Positions 31,953 through 42,712 of a stretch of 64,000 nucleotides of DNA are shown here, one piece after another (positions within the stretch are counted from its first letter, which is position 1; each line of letters starts with the position of its first letter). Under the pieces are notes generated by a model that was given only the letters and a program-made list of their open reading frames with translations, did no database searches and had not been told where the DNA came from. Origin of the DNA: an uncultured cyanobacterium. GTDB lineage: Bacteria; Cyanobacteriota; Cyanobacteriia; Cyanobacteriales; CAWCAG01. Made by a program: the position numbers and the translations under genes. The stretch spans positions 1-64,000 of the forward strand of contig CAWDOD010000011.1 in assembly GCA_963803805.1 (NCBI GenBank), read 5' to 3'.

Positions 31953-32396
31953 TTATTTTTTAGTTGGATCGCGAAGTTCCAAACTTGCTCTTTGAGATGG
32001 TTTGAGACGCGAGGAAGGACGGCGTTTCGCTTTGGGGCGTTTAAAAGTCTTCCAAGCCGCTTTTACCCCAACAACGAAACTTTTCGTACCGATTTGAATA
32101 TTCTTAGTCTGTTTTTGGACATTGCTAATACTGCGATCCACTTGCTTAACTACATCGGAAGCGCTTTTAACTCCTTCGTTCATTTCATCGGTTAATTCGC
32201 TAATTTCTAACCCCGTCAAACGAATGGCTTCTAGGGTGGGGGGAAATTCTCTGTTTAGGGTATCAAATAACTTCTCTGCACTACGGGCAGCGCGAGATAA
32301 TTGTTGGAGGGCAGGTAAAGCTGTAATCAACACAGCCGTTAAGCTGACAGCAACCAGCAGAATTGACAAGCCGAGCCAAAAAAGGGGATCGATCAC
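31953..32396 (-). CDS. DUF948-like membrane-anchored coiled-coil protein
   Basis: N-terminal TM, AARSAEKLFDTL...PPTLEAIRLTG; adjacent to YtxH-like gene. Confidence 0.75.
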   Translation of the reverse strand: MIDPLFWLGLSILLVAVSLTAVLITALPALQQLSRAARSAEKLFDTLNREFPPTLEAIRLTGLEISELTDEMNEGVKSASDVVKQVDRSISNVQKQTKNIQIGTKSFVVGVKAAWKTFKRPKAKRRPSSRLKPSQRASLELRDPTKK

Positions 32397-32408
32397 GCTT
32401 TAGTTCCC

Positions 32409-32759
32409 TTACAAATGTTGTTCTGAGGTGGAGGAAGTTGGCTCAGAAATATTACTAGGGGGAGTTTTTAGCTCTTCAGCTTGTAGCTGAGTAGCTTCTA
32501 CTCCTGCTGAAACAGCTTCTTTGAGTCGTTCTAAAGTTCCTTCCCAATTGCGCATTGCTGATGTAGAAAAACGATCTGCTTGTAGTTGAACTGTGGTTGA
32601 TAAGTCTTCGGCTAAGTCTGGTAAAGCATCAGCAGATTTTTTAATTAGCTGCCGCGTTTCTCGACCAGGACGAGGAGCAATCAGCAATCCCACAATTGTA
32701 CCAACAGCACTGCCAAATAGCATTCCTCCAATAAAAGCTCCAGTCTTTTCTTTTGACAT
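32409..32759 (-). CDS. YtxH-domain protein
   Basis: FIGGMLFGSAVG...GLLIAPRPGRETR signature. Confidence 0.85.
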   Translation of the reverse strand: MSKEKTGAFIGGMLFGSAVGTIVGLLIAPRPGRETRQLIKKSADALPDLAEDLSTTVQLQADRFSTSAMRNWEGTLERLKEAVSAGVEATQLQAEELKTPPSNISEPTSSTSEQHL

Positions 32760-32878
32760 ATTTTAGTTTATGGGCGTGAATAACCATTATTTTAATTGCC
32801 ACTGGCGCGATTCTCCTAGGGAGGCGCTTCGTGATCACAACTTTAGTTTGGTTGCAGTTTGGAGCAGTAACTTTCTAG

Positions 32879-33196
32879 CTATTGCTTAATTTTGGAGAAA
32901 TTAGGCTTTGACCAACGCCAAAGGTTAGTTACCAGGCTAAGTAAAGTGATAATTTTTTGCAACTGTTGTATTTGTGCTTCTAATTGAGTATAGCTTTGCT
33001 TAAGATTGTGAGTGCCTTGCTGAAGACCTAAAATTGGTGGAGGAGCGCCGTGAAGTACGCTATAGGTTATTCTTTCTACGTTTTTTAGAGTTTCTGTTAC
33101 TTTGACCAAAAATAAACTAAGCTTCCAAATTCGCCAAGCAATATATAAATTTACAGTTACAAGTAAGAGGTTGAAACTAATGACAACATTGATCAT
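32879..33196 (-). CDS. Hypothetical membrane-anchored protein
   Basis: 105-aa ORF with N-terminal TM and coiled coil, in a co-oriented gene run. Confidence 0.6.
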   Translation of the reverse strand: MINVVISFNLLLVTVNLYIAWRIWKLSLFLVKVTETLKNVERITYSVLHGAPPPILGLQQGTHNLKQSYTQLEAQIQQLQKIITLLSLVTNLWRWSKPNFSKIKQ

Positions 33197-33256
33197 TGAT
33201 CATTATGTTTGTGAAAATTAGCAATTAGCAACTAGCAACTAACCATTAGTCACTAG

Positions 33257-33964
33257 TCAGTCCTTCCATAAAGCAATGCCACCTAACAAACCTGTAATGT
33301 TGGGAACAATTTTGACGTTGGGCGGTAGGTAAAAGTTGATTTTCTTTGCTTCTCCGCCGCCTATATAAAGGAAGTCGTAGTTGAAAGTTCGTCCTAAAGT
33401 TGCGATCGCCTTTTCTAAGCGATTATTCCACTTTTTCTTACCTGCTTTTTCCAAAGCTGCCCTGCCTAACTGTTCTTCGTAGGTTTCCCCTTTACGGAAA
33501 GGATGGTGGGCAATTTCTAGGTTGGGTACTAATTTACCCTCGATAAATAAAGCAGAACCAAATCCTGTACCCAAGGTGATGACTAATTCTACTCCTTTAC
33601 TAGCGATCGCACCTAATCCTTGTACATCAGCGTCATTGGCAACCCGTACAGGCTGCCCCAAAAGATCCGACAGGGCCGTAGCGAGATCAAAACCAATCCA
33701 GTCAGGATCGAGGTTAACGGCTGTATCTATGATCCCTTTGCGTACTACTCCAGGAAAGCCTACGGAGACGCGCTGAAATTCTCCTTGTTCTTTGGCTAAT
33801 TTAACAATAACTTCCGTTATGGCTTCAGGTTTAGGAGGTTGAGGGGTTGGTACACGATTGCGATCGCTTACGGCATTACCTTCGGCATCTAATTTTATAG
33901 TTTTAACTCCGCTACCCCCAATATCAATTGCGAGGGTAATCATATTTGCATTTTCTTCATTCAT
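33257..33964 (-). CDS. ppgK: Polyphosphate glucokinase (ROK family)
   Basis: DIGGSGVK, GFPGVV, NDADVQG, TLGTGFGSALF, PNLEIAH. Confidence 0.85.
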   Translation of the reverse strand: MNEENANMITLAIDIGGSGVKTIKLDAEGNAVSDRNRVPTPQPPKPEAITEVIVKLAKEQGEFQRVSVGFPGVVRKGIIDTAVNLDPDWIGFDLATALSDLLGQPVRVANDADVQGLGAIASKGVELVITLGTGFGSALFIEGKLVPNLEIAHHPFRKGETYEEQLGRAALEKAGKKKWNNRLEKAIATLGRTFNYDFLYIGGGEAKKINFYLPPNVKIVPNITGLLGGIALWKD

Positions 33965-34054
33965 ATTACGAATTGCTAGTTGCTATTTGCTAATGGCTAG
34001 TTGCTAGTTGCTAATTGCTAACAGAGAATAAGCAACAGTAAATTCTTAAACTTA

Positions 34055-34954
34055 TTACTTATTTTTCTCTTCCTCCAACTTCTCCGCCCTTTCTTCCGCC
34101 GTTGCCATCACCTCACTCATGTTTTCTAATATTTCTCCAGGGTGATTTTCGAGAACTTTTGTTGATAGAGAAATTCTTTTTTTCCATTCGTCAATATCTT
34201 TAATCATAACCTTGACTTTTTGCCCTACTTGCAATAAAGCCGGGAGAGATTCAATGGAATTATGACTGATTTCCTTAACGTGGAGTAAGCCAGTTACGCC
34301 CCCTAAATCAATAAATGCGCCGTAGGGTTTGAGGTTAACTACCGTACCTTCCATTAAACGCCCCGGTACTAATTTGCTGACGACTTGGGAACGGGCGGCT
34401 TCTCGTTGGGAGAGAACAAGTTTGTTGGTATCTGGGTTAAGTTCTAGGAAAGTTGCGGTAAGGTTTTGACCGATTAATGACTCTAAATCTTGCTTTTCTA
34501 TGAGGTGGGATCGTGGGATAAAACCCTTTAAGCCATTAACATATCCCGTTACACCTCCTTTATTTGTCCCCATTACCTTCATAGAAACTGATTGACCTTT
34601 TTCTTGAAGTTCAGCTAATTCTTCCCAAATCACCTTCATTTCTAGTTGACGGCGAGAAAGTAAAATTTGGCCTTCCCCGTCCTGTTCACGAATAATCAAA
34701 AATTCTAGTTCTTCTTGGGGCAGAATTTCTTCTAGTTTCTCGAAGGAGGATAAGGAAGCTTCTTGGGAAGGAACAAAGCCAGGAGATTTACCTCCTATAT
34801 CTACGTAGGCTCCTTCACTACCATATTCAAAGGGTTTACCCTTAATTACCTGACCTTTTTTAAACTCGTAGTCGTGTTCTTCTAAGGCTTTGGCGAAATC
34901 ATCCATAGAAAAGGATGCAGGAGATTCTGGGGAAGGGGTGGATTCTGAGTTCAT
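34055..34954 (-). CDS. Three-S1-domain ribosomal protein S1 homolog (cyanobacterial S1-like B type)
   Basis: Three S1 repeats (AYVDIGGK, GFIPRSH, GAFIDLGGVTGLLH). Confidence 0.88.
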   Translation of the reverse strand: MNSESTPSPESPASFSMDDFAKALEEHDYEFKKGQVIKGKPFEYGSEGAYVDIGGKSPGFVPSQEASLSSFEKLEEILPQEELEFLIIREQDGEGQILLSRRQLEMKVIWEELAELQEKGQSVSMKVMGTNKGGVTGYVNGLKGFIPRSHLIEKQDLESLIGQNLTATFLELNPDTNKLVLSQREAARSQVVSKLVPGRLMEGTVVNLKPYGAFIDLGGVTGLLHVKEISHNSIESLPALLQVGQKVKVMIKDIDEWKKRISLSTKVLENHPGEILENMSEVMATAEERAEKLEEEKNK

Positions 34955-35023
34955 GTAAAGGTTAAAGGGTAAAGGGGTAAAAGGGGATTTTATGTTTGAT
35001 TTAGATCCAGCAGTGGTGTTTTT

Positions 35024-35758
35024 TTATAGTTTTTTACTAAATAAATCTAATACTTGCTGCCAAGCATCTTTAGCTGCTGCTTGATTGTAGCTTGCCCTTT
35101 GGTCACAGAAGAAGCCGTGATCTGCATTACTGTAGCGGAAAACTTGGTGAGAGATCTGGTATTTTTTCAGGGAAGTTTCAATTTCGTCTACTTGTTCTGG
35201 GGGAATACTAGCATCTGTGTTGCCAAAGAAGGTGTAGATTGTACCTTTTATCTCTGGAGTTCGCGTTAAAGTGGGTTCTCCTCCCCCTGGAGTCATGGTA
35301 GTGATTCCTGCACCATAAAAGGATGCTGTGGCAGCAATTTCTGGTTTGGTGGCTGCTAGATAAGCGACATGACCACCGAAACAAAAACCGATACAACCGA
35401 AATTCTCTCCTTTAATTTGGGGTAAATTTTGTAAATAATTTATGGCACTTTGAATATCTTGTAATAACTCTGAGGCTTGGGTTTGATTTTTATACTTCCT
35501 ACCAACGGTGATAGCTTCTGGGGTATAGCCAGTTTCAAATCCTGGGGCTTGACGCTGATAAATAGCTGGGGCGATCGCTATATATCCTTCTTTAGCAAAG
35601 CGTTGAGTTATATCGCGGATATGGGCATTAACTCCAAAAATTTCTTGAATGACTATTATCCCCGGAAATGTCCCTTTTCCTTGAGGGGTAGCCAAATAAG
35701 CATCAATTTCGATATCGCCGCTTGGGAGTTTAAGCCAATTAGTCTGAACTTCTAACAC
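35024..35758 (-). CDS. Dienelactone hydrolase family protein
   Basis: QEIFGVN, GFCFGG nucleophile, HGFFCD. Confidence 0.93.
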   Translation of the reverse strand: MLEVQTNWLKLPSGDIEIDAYLATPQGKGTFPGIIVIQEIFGVNAHIRDITQRFAKEGYIAIAPAIYQRQAPGFETGYTPEAITVGRKYKNQTQASELLQDIQSAINYLQNLPQIKGENFGCIGFCFGGHVAYLAATKPEIAATASFYGAGITTMTPGGGEPTLTRTPEIKGTIYTFFGNTDASIPPEQVDEIETSLKKYQISHQVFRYSNADHGFFCDQRASYNQAAAKDAWQQVLDLFSKKL

Positions 35759-35832
35759 TTTCTTGTCTGGATTATTGCAACGGTTGTTCCCGTAATTTTA
35801 AGTCAATTGTGTCGAAGACAAACTTTTTTCCC

Positions 35833-36429
35833 TCAATCTAATTCTCTTCTTCCTTCTAATGCCCTTGCTAAGGTGACTTCATCGGCATATTCTAAATCTC
35901 CTCCCATGGGTAAACCAAAAGCAATACGAGTAACTTTGGTAAAAGGTTTTAATAATTGACCAATATAAAGGGTAGTAGTTTCTCCTTCTACACTGGGACC
36001 AATAGCCATAATTACTTCTTGAATGTGGGGTTGGCTAGCCCTTTGTACTAAAGGTTGTATATTTAATTGTTCTGGTCCAACGCCATCCATAGGAGAGATA
36101 ACCCCCCCTAAAACATGGTATTTACCACTGTATTCTCGTGTTTTTTCTAAGGCAATAACATCACGGGAATCTGTGACAACACAGATGATTTTATCATCTC
36201 GATTTTGGTTAGCACAAATGTTACAAACGGGTTCGGCGGAGAGATGGAAACAGACTCGACAAAAACCGACTTGCTTTTTTGCTTCTACTAAAGCTTGGGC
36301 AAGGGCATGGACATCTTGTTCCGGGCGTTTGAGGATATGAAGGGCTAATCTTTGGGCAGTTTTCGGCCCTACTCCAGGTAATTTCTGTAGTTGTTCGATT
36401 AATCTTGCTAAGGGAGGGGTGTAAACCAT
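35833..36429 (-). CDS. recR: Recombination mediator RecR
   Basis: [13 protein letters not shown]hH, C4 zinc finger, Toprim [14 protein letters not shown]. Confidence 0.97.
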   Translation of the reverse strand: MVYTPPLARLIEQLQKLPGVGPKTAQRLALHILKRPEQDVHALAQALVEAKKQVGFCRVCFHLSAEPVCNICANQNRDDKIICVVTDSRDVIALEKTREYSGKYHVLGGVISPMDGVGPEQLNIQPLVQRASQPHIQEVIMAIGPSVEGETTTLYIGQLLKPFTKVTRIAFGLPMGGDLEYADEVTLARALEGRRELD

Positions 36430-36460
36430 TTTTTAGTTATTATAAGGAAGCTATTAATTT

Positions 36461-37425
36461 GGTGCGATCGCTCCTTATATAAGTTAATAATACCAAGATC
36501 GTAGGGTGTGTTAGGCGGACCTGAAAAATGAGGTTAAATCCCAAAGCCTCCATCCGCCGTAACGCACCAATTCCCACCCCGTGGATTGTAGTTGTGGTGC
36601 GATCGCTCCTTATATAAGTTAATAATACCAAGATAGTAGGGTGTGTTAGGCGGGCCTGAAAAATGAGGTTAAATCCCAAAGCCTCCATCCGCCGTAACGC
36701 ACCAATTCCCACCCCGTGGATTGTAGTTGTGGTGCGATCGCTCCTTATATAAGTTAATAATACCAAGATAGTAGGGTGTGTTAGGCGGGCCTGAAAAATG
36801 AGGTTAAATCCAAAGCCTCCATCCGCCGTAACGCACCAATTCTCACCCCGTGGATTGTAGTTGTGGTGCGATCGCTCCTTATATAAGTTAATAATACCGA
36901 GATCGTAGGGTGTGTTAGGCAGACCTGAAAAATGAGGTGAAATCCCAAAGCCCCCATCCGCCGTAACGCACCAATTCTCACCCCGTGGATTGTAGTTGTG
37001 GTGCGATCGCTCCTTATAGGTAAGTTAATAATACCAAGATCGTAGGGTGTGTTAGGCGGACTTGAAAAATGAGGTGAAATCCCAAAGCCTCCATCCGCCG
37101 TAACGCACCAATTCCCACCCCGTGGATTGTAGTTGTGGTGCGATCGCTCCTTATAGGTAAGTTAATAATACCAAGATCGTAGGGTGTGTTAGGCGGACCT
37201 GAAAAATGAGGTGAAATCCAAAGCCTCCATCCGCCGTAACGCACCAATTCTTACCCTGGATTGTGGTTGTGGTGCGATCGCTTCTTATAGGTAAGTTAAT
37301 AATACCAAGATCGTAGGGTGTGTTAGGCGGACCTAAAAAATGAGGTTGAATCCAAAGCCTCCATCCGCCGTAACGCACCAATTCCCACCCCGTGGATTGT
37401 AGTTGTGGTGCGATCGCTCCTTATA
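36461..37425. repeat. Tandem array of seven near-identical 134-137-bp units, each with one REP hairpin and one HIP1 site
   Basis: Unit starts (GGTGCGATCGC) at 36461, 36596, 36731, 36865, 37000, 37137, 37271 and a partial eighth at 37407; no unique spacers. Confidence 0.95.
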
Positions 37426-37870
37426 CTTTAAAAGCACACTACAAGTTTTGAGAACTAATCTTGTATATGAACAAAAAAATGTGGAAGCCACCAGCAAAAG
37501 CGCTTCCACAAAAAGTACCAAAACCTGAAGAGGTTGTTATGCATACCTTGTATCATGAGGCATTTGGGCTTTTTGGTCAGTGAGATAGGTACGTTAAAGA
37601 GGTGAGTTTTAGAAGCTAATTTGGTGAATTTTATCGGTATAAAGTATGACTGATTTAGGGGTTTTTTGTAATCTGAGTCACAAATTGGTGATTTTGCTAA
37701 TTGCTAGTGGCTAGGTGCTGACATTACAATTATCAAATTAGGAAACTATTACCTCAAATCTTCTCTCCATTTCCCCATCTCAATCTCAACATCTTTAGGG
37801 GGTGATAGCTTAAAGTAGTATTAGGGTTGACATCAAGCGAAAAGACGTTGTAATAAATATCCTTTGGTAG

Positions 37871-40800
37871 ATGCTAAATAAATTTTGGCAGTGGCTAAAA
37901 AATTTTTTCCGGCGTTGGTTTCCTCAACAAGTTGCGACACCAGTAGAGGAAAAACCGACTCCCCAGTTTAGTGATGCGGATTACGAACAGTTCTTTTTTG
38001 CCCTCCTGGATGGGGTGGTTGATGAAGGTTGGAGTCAGGGTAGTGTGAAGGGTTTTTTCTTGGCTAAAAAGCTTACGGTTGCAGAATTGGCGGTGTGGTT
38101 GCGGCGGTTTGGTGAGAGGTTGCAGGAGGCTGAGGTTGAACAAGAAGAGTTGAGGAAGCGATTGCTTAGGTTTGGGGAAAAGGGGGAGGAAGATTGTTTT
38201 TTTGCGGGAGTTGGTGGAGGTTGTGGGGGGGATTGGTAGAGAAACTTCGCAGTCTTCTTCACAAGTCGAAGTAAGTTTGCCAGAGGGAGAAGATTGGGAT
38301 AATCAGGAGACTGATGATTTTTTGTCGAGAGGAGTTGCTGCATACCAGCAAGGAGACTATGAGACAGCAGCTAATTTGCTGCAACAAGCTACGGAGTTAA
38401 ATTCCCAGAGTTTTCAAGCTTGGGAAAAGTATGGCGTAGTTTTGCAGCAGTTAGGAAGATATACAGAGGCTATTGAAGCGAATAATCAGGCGTTGCAAAT
38501 TTCTGGGAAAACTCAAAACATAGAAGAAGTCATTAATACTAATCTTTCAAATACTGTCAATACTTTTAATCTTAGCCAGTCTAGTGTTCTTTTTCGCCCC
38601 CCGATAATTCAGACTAGCATGAGTTCAGAAGCAGAGTATGATTCTCAGGCAGTAGAGTTATTCAATCAAGGGTTGAATAAAGCCCAAGCAGGAGATTTTT
38701 TAGCAGCAATTCAGCTTTACACTAAAGTAATAGAAATTAATCCTGATTTATACCTAGCCTACGATAATCGGGGCCTTGCTCTGAGAGATTTAGGCAAGTA
38801 CGAAGAGGCCATTACCGATTTCACTAAAGCAATTGACATTCAACCTGATGACTACCAAGCCTACAATGGTCGCGGCGCTACCCTGAGTGATTTAGGCAGA
38901 TACGAAGAAGCGATCGCAGATTTCACTCAAGCTATCCAAATTAAACCTGACTTCTATCAAGCCTACGATAATCGCGGCGCTGTACTTTGTGATCACTTAG
39001 GAAAGTACAAAGAAGCGATAGCAGATTTTGAACGGGTTTTGGAAATTCAGCCTGAAAAATTTAGTGCTTGGAGAAATCGAGGTGTAGCTCTTGAGAACAG
39101 TGGAAACTATAAAACAGCGATCGCTAACTGGGACGAAGGATTAACCAAACTCAACCCAAAAGACAAAGAATATCAACTTGGTTGCGGCACATTGCATTGG
39201 ATGAAAGGTAATGCCCACTATAGACAAGCTACCAACCATTACCAATATCCCCTTTACCAAGAAGCCCTTGAAAGTTATCATCAAGCCCTAGACTTCCTCA
39301 AGGATAATCCCCGCAACCGAGAAACCTATCTAGAAGTATTAAAAGGATTAATCAAAACTTATCGCGCTACTCGTGATGAAGAAGAAGCTAAGACTTACGA
39401 AAACATAGCAGTCAATCTTTTAGAAAAACTCTTAAACGAAACTTCTCCTGGCTACAAGATAGTCTTGCTACGAAAATTCAGTGGCTTCTTTCAACTCAGG
39501 GTAGATCGTTTAGCCCGTTCCCAAGACATAGCTAAACAAAAAGAAGCCTTAGAACTAGCAGAAGCAAGAAAAAATATCTCCCTTGCTTGGTTGCAAGGGA
39601 AATCGAACAATAAACTACCGATTATTTGGCTACTAATTCGAGAAATCGATATAATAGCTGGCATTTTATTTCTGCACCAGATTCCTTCCCCCAACTATGA
39701 GGAAATGCAACAAATCTGGCCACAACTGCTACCCCAAACCGCCATCATCTACTGGCATCTCAGCCCCGTCTCCTTAACCACCTTCCTCCTCCTAGAAAAC
39801 CACTTCCAAACCTTCACCACCGACTTATCCCCCATCCTTTCGGAAGTTGAATTGAGGAAAGTAGACAGCAAAGATAACTTAGAAAACTGGTTAACCAACT
39901 GGAAGCAAACCTACAGCAACTACAGCAAAGCAGAAAACAGCAACGCTTGGCGAGAAACCTTACCCCAACAACTAGAAAAACTCGCCCACTTCCTCTCTAT
40001 TCCTACCCTGCAAGAAACACTGCAAACCCTGCAAGTTAAAAACCTAATCCTCATTCCCCACCGCGATTTACATTTGCTACCTCTCCACGCTTTGTTCCCG
40101 ACAAGTTATACTTTTTCTTATTTGCCTAGTATTAAGCAAGGGATAGGCACAAGTTCGGAGAAAGAAACAAGGGAAAAAGAATTAACCAACTTATTAAGTG
40201 TAGAATCTCCCGAAGGTAAGACCTCTTCTCTCTGGTTTACACCTGTAGAAGCGAAAGTGATTGCTAGCTTTTACCACAATTCAGAGAGTTTGCAGAAAAA
40301 GGAAGATGTCACAACAGCCTTAATCAACAACCCCGGAGACTTCCTGTTTACAGGGCATGGTTATCACAACTTCACCCAACCAGAAAAGTCTGCCCTCTTC
40401 TTAGTTGACGGGGAGTTGACTGTAGAGGAGATTTTTAAGTTAGAATTTCCTCCCCGCCATTTAGTAACCCTCTCTGCTTGCGAGACAGGCTTGACGGGAG
40501 ATAAGGAATTAATTGATGAATTTGTCAGTTTAGGTAGTGCTTTTCTGGCTAAGGGGGCGAGTTATATCATCACCAGTTTATGGCGAGTAGATGAACGGGC
40601 AACGGCTATTTTGCTGATGCGTTTTCACCAGTTGCTTCGGGACAGGGGGACGGTGGTAGCTTTTAATGAGGCGGTAAACTGGTTGAGAGATTTAGATCAG
40701 GGTAGCTTGGCTAATTGGTATCGCCAGTTAGCACAGGAGTTAGAGAGAAGAGGAAAAATCGAGTATGCTGACTTTGTTGAAGGTTTAGTAGAAACTATCG

Positions 40801-40874
40801 AAGATGAGGGGAATTTAACTTGTCCCTATCGCCATCCTTACTATTGGGCTGGTTTTACTATTACTGGAATTTAA
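37871..40874 (+). CDS. TPR-CHAT (caspase-like, clan CD) protease, split near the N-terminus by a 1-nt frameshift
   Basis: Many TPRs, LILIPHRDLHLLP, catalytic FTGHG and LSACETG, SLWRVD, HPYYWAGF; removing one base in the runs at 38174-38203 joins 37871-38239 and 38172-40874 into 1000 aa. Confidence 0.88.
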
Positions 40875-40885
40875 ATAATAAAATT

Positions 40886-41293
40886 ATGCAAGAATTAAAC
40901 TTAGACTCTGTACAAAAACTTACTTTAGTTAACTTTGTTGATGCTTTGGCTAATCTGGAAACCTCTATTCCTCCAGAAATGAAAACAGAGATTAATCACC
41001 TTGGTGTAGCTTTGCAAAAAGGAGATACAACAGCCGTAGGGAAATTAGTAAACGTTGCTAAACAGTTTGAACCGTTGCATAAGTTATATAAGGAGATTCG
41101 TTCTGAAAGACTAAAGGAGTATCAAAGCCAAGAATTAAATAAGGGCGACGCTGAGCGTCCACGGAAAAAGCTTATTTATATTGAAGAATCACATATACTC
41201 GATAATTATATTATATCTAGCCTAACTGCTTCAGAGCCAGCCAAAAAAGCCAAAGAAAAGCAAGAAGAAAGAAACAGTAAGAATATGGAATAA
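40886..41293 (+). CDS. Small helical hypothetical protein (135 aa) in the CHAT operon
   Basis: ATG 11 nt after the CHAT stop; charged, helical composition. Confidence 0.75.
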   Translation: MQELNLDSVQKLTLVNFVDALANLETSIPPEMKTEINHLGVALQKGDTTAVGKLVNVAKQFEPLHKLYKEIRSERLKEYQSQELNKGDAERPRKKLIYIEESHILDNYIISSLTASEPAKKAKEKQEERNSKNME

Positions 41294-41353
41294 TTCCTAT
41301 CATTCTATAATTAACTTCAGATTTTTCTGGTATTACAAAAGGGCAAACACTTT

Positions 41354-42712
41354 ATGAACGAAATTATCTATCCCTCTATTGATTTATTTCTCTACCAAAT
41401 TAGTTCAGGTTTAGGGGATAGCAAAGAAAAAATTAGCCAGAATCGCCAACAATTTCTCACTATTCTACCAGACAAATCAAAGGAACAATTATTAGAGATT
41501 TATTCAACAGAAGAAATTTCTGCTGAGAACAAATATCAAGAATTACTCAAAGATGAGATTTTTCCATTTAGAACAGAAATAAACAACTATCAACTAGAAG
41601 GTTATTACTATCCTGTACTTTTAAAAGATACTTATGGGTTGTTGTACAATTGTTCTGTTGATGAAAAAGACCAACCCCAAAAACTAAGCTGTCTACGTTA
41701 CCTTAAAGAAAAAGCCCCAGTCAATCAAAATCATGTAGGACAAACTTGGTTTGTTTCTGGTATGATTACACCTGACTTTTCAGGTAAAACAGAAGAATTA
41801 GCTAAGGAAATATATATCAACTTTTGGCAAGGAGAAGAAGAAGAAAAATTAACCAGGGAATGGTTTAGACACAAACGCTTAAAATTTTCTGATGCAGAAG
41901 TTTTTGAAGTTTGGCAACCACCGCAAAAGTGGGATGACATTAATCAAAATCGCCATATTCTCATTTTTTTATACCGCGATCGCAGCTTTTTGAAAAAAGT
42001 CCCTTATTTTCAACAAAACTGGTTAGAATTATGGTGCTATCGCAATAAAACCATCTTTACCTATCAACAAAGCCAGTTAACCAAGAAAGAACTCGAAAAA
42101 GGTTTTAAAACCATTCAAGATACTATTCCCATAGTTCAGCAAAAAACGGATTTGAATAGTCTACAAAAAGTTTTAAAAAATAATTTAGAAACCTTCTCCA
42201 AATACACTATTAATCTCAACTTTTTAGAAATACGAAGGCAAACTATTAACACGAACCTCCTTAACTACCAAGAGTATTGCAAGTACTTAAGTAAAGCTGC
42301 CCAACAAATGGGAGACACCCACCACGATTTACAAGCTTTAAACGATTTCGCAATCACAGTTAAAGAGAAATACCAAAAACAAGTAAACAAAGACTACGAA
42401 AGCCTCAAACCAGGCTTAGAAATCCTCTCTCACCTCACAGAAACTATCCGTGCCATCGTCGAAACAGAACAAGCCCAAGGAGAAAAGCGCTTAGAACATT
42501 TAGTCGCTTCTGTAGGTATCGGTTTAGGCACAGCAGCAATTGTTTCAGCAGCAGTACAAAACCCAGTAGAAGAAATAGTCAAATACCCAGAAAATCCTTT
42601 AACAGAAGCAGGTTGGCAGATACTTTTTATTATTATTGTTAGCGCTGTTTTTGGTTGTTTATTTAGTTGGTTAACCTGGCTTTTTAGAGCTAACTTCTTC
42701 AAAAAGCCTTAA
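41354..42712 (+). CDS. Hypothetical protein with soluble N-domain, long helices and two C-terminal TMs (CorA-like topology)
   Basis: Helical stalk (about aa 225-380) then LVASVGIGLGTAAIVSAAV and ILFIIIVSAVFGCLFSWLTWLF; no GMN motif. Confidence 0.75.
   Translation: MNEIIYPSIDLFLYQISSGLGDSKEKISQNRQQFLTILPDKSKEQLLEIYSTEEISAENKYQELLKDEIFPFRTEINNYQLEGYYYPVLLKDTYGLLYNCSVDEKDQPQKLSCLRYLKEKAPVNQNHVGQTWFVSGMITPDFSGKTEELAKEIYINFWQGEEEEKLTREWFRHKRLKFSDAEVFEVWQPPQKWDDINQNRHILIFLYRDRSFLKKVPYFQQNWLELWCYRNKTIFTYQQSQLTKKELEKGFKTIQDTIPIVQQKTDLNSLQKVLKNNLETFSKYTINLNFLEIRRQTINTNLLNYQEYCKYLSKAAQQMGDTHHDLQALNDFAITVKEKYQKQVNKDYESLKPGLEILSHLTETIRAIVETEQAQGEKRLEHLVASVGIGLGTAAIVSAAVQNPVEEIVKYPENPLTEAGWQILFIIIVSAVFGCLFSWLTWLFRANFFKKP

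Noticed and set aside
36461-37425. CRISPR array
   Set aside because: Units are near-identical along their whole length with no unique spacers, and no cas genes are in the window
36440-37521. Repetitive minus-strand ORFs over the tandem array
   Set aside because: Products of a 135-bp (3n) unit; frames break wherever the unit length changes; no plausible start signals
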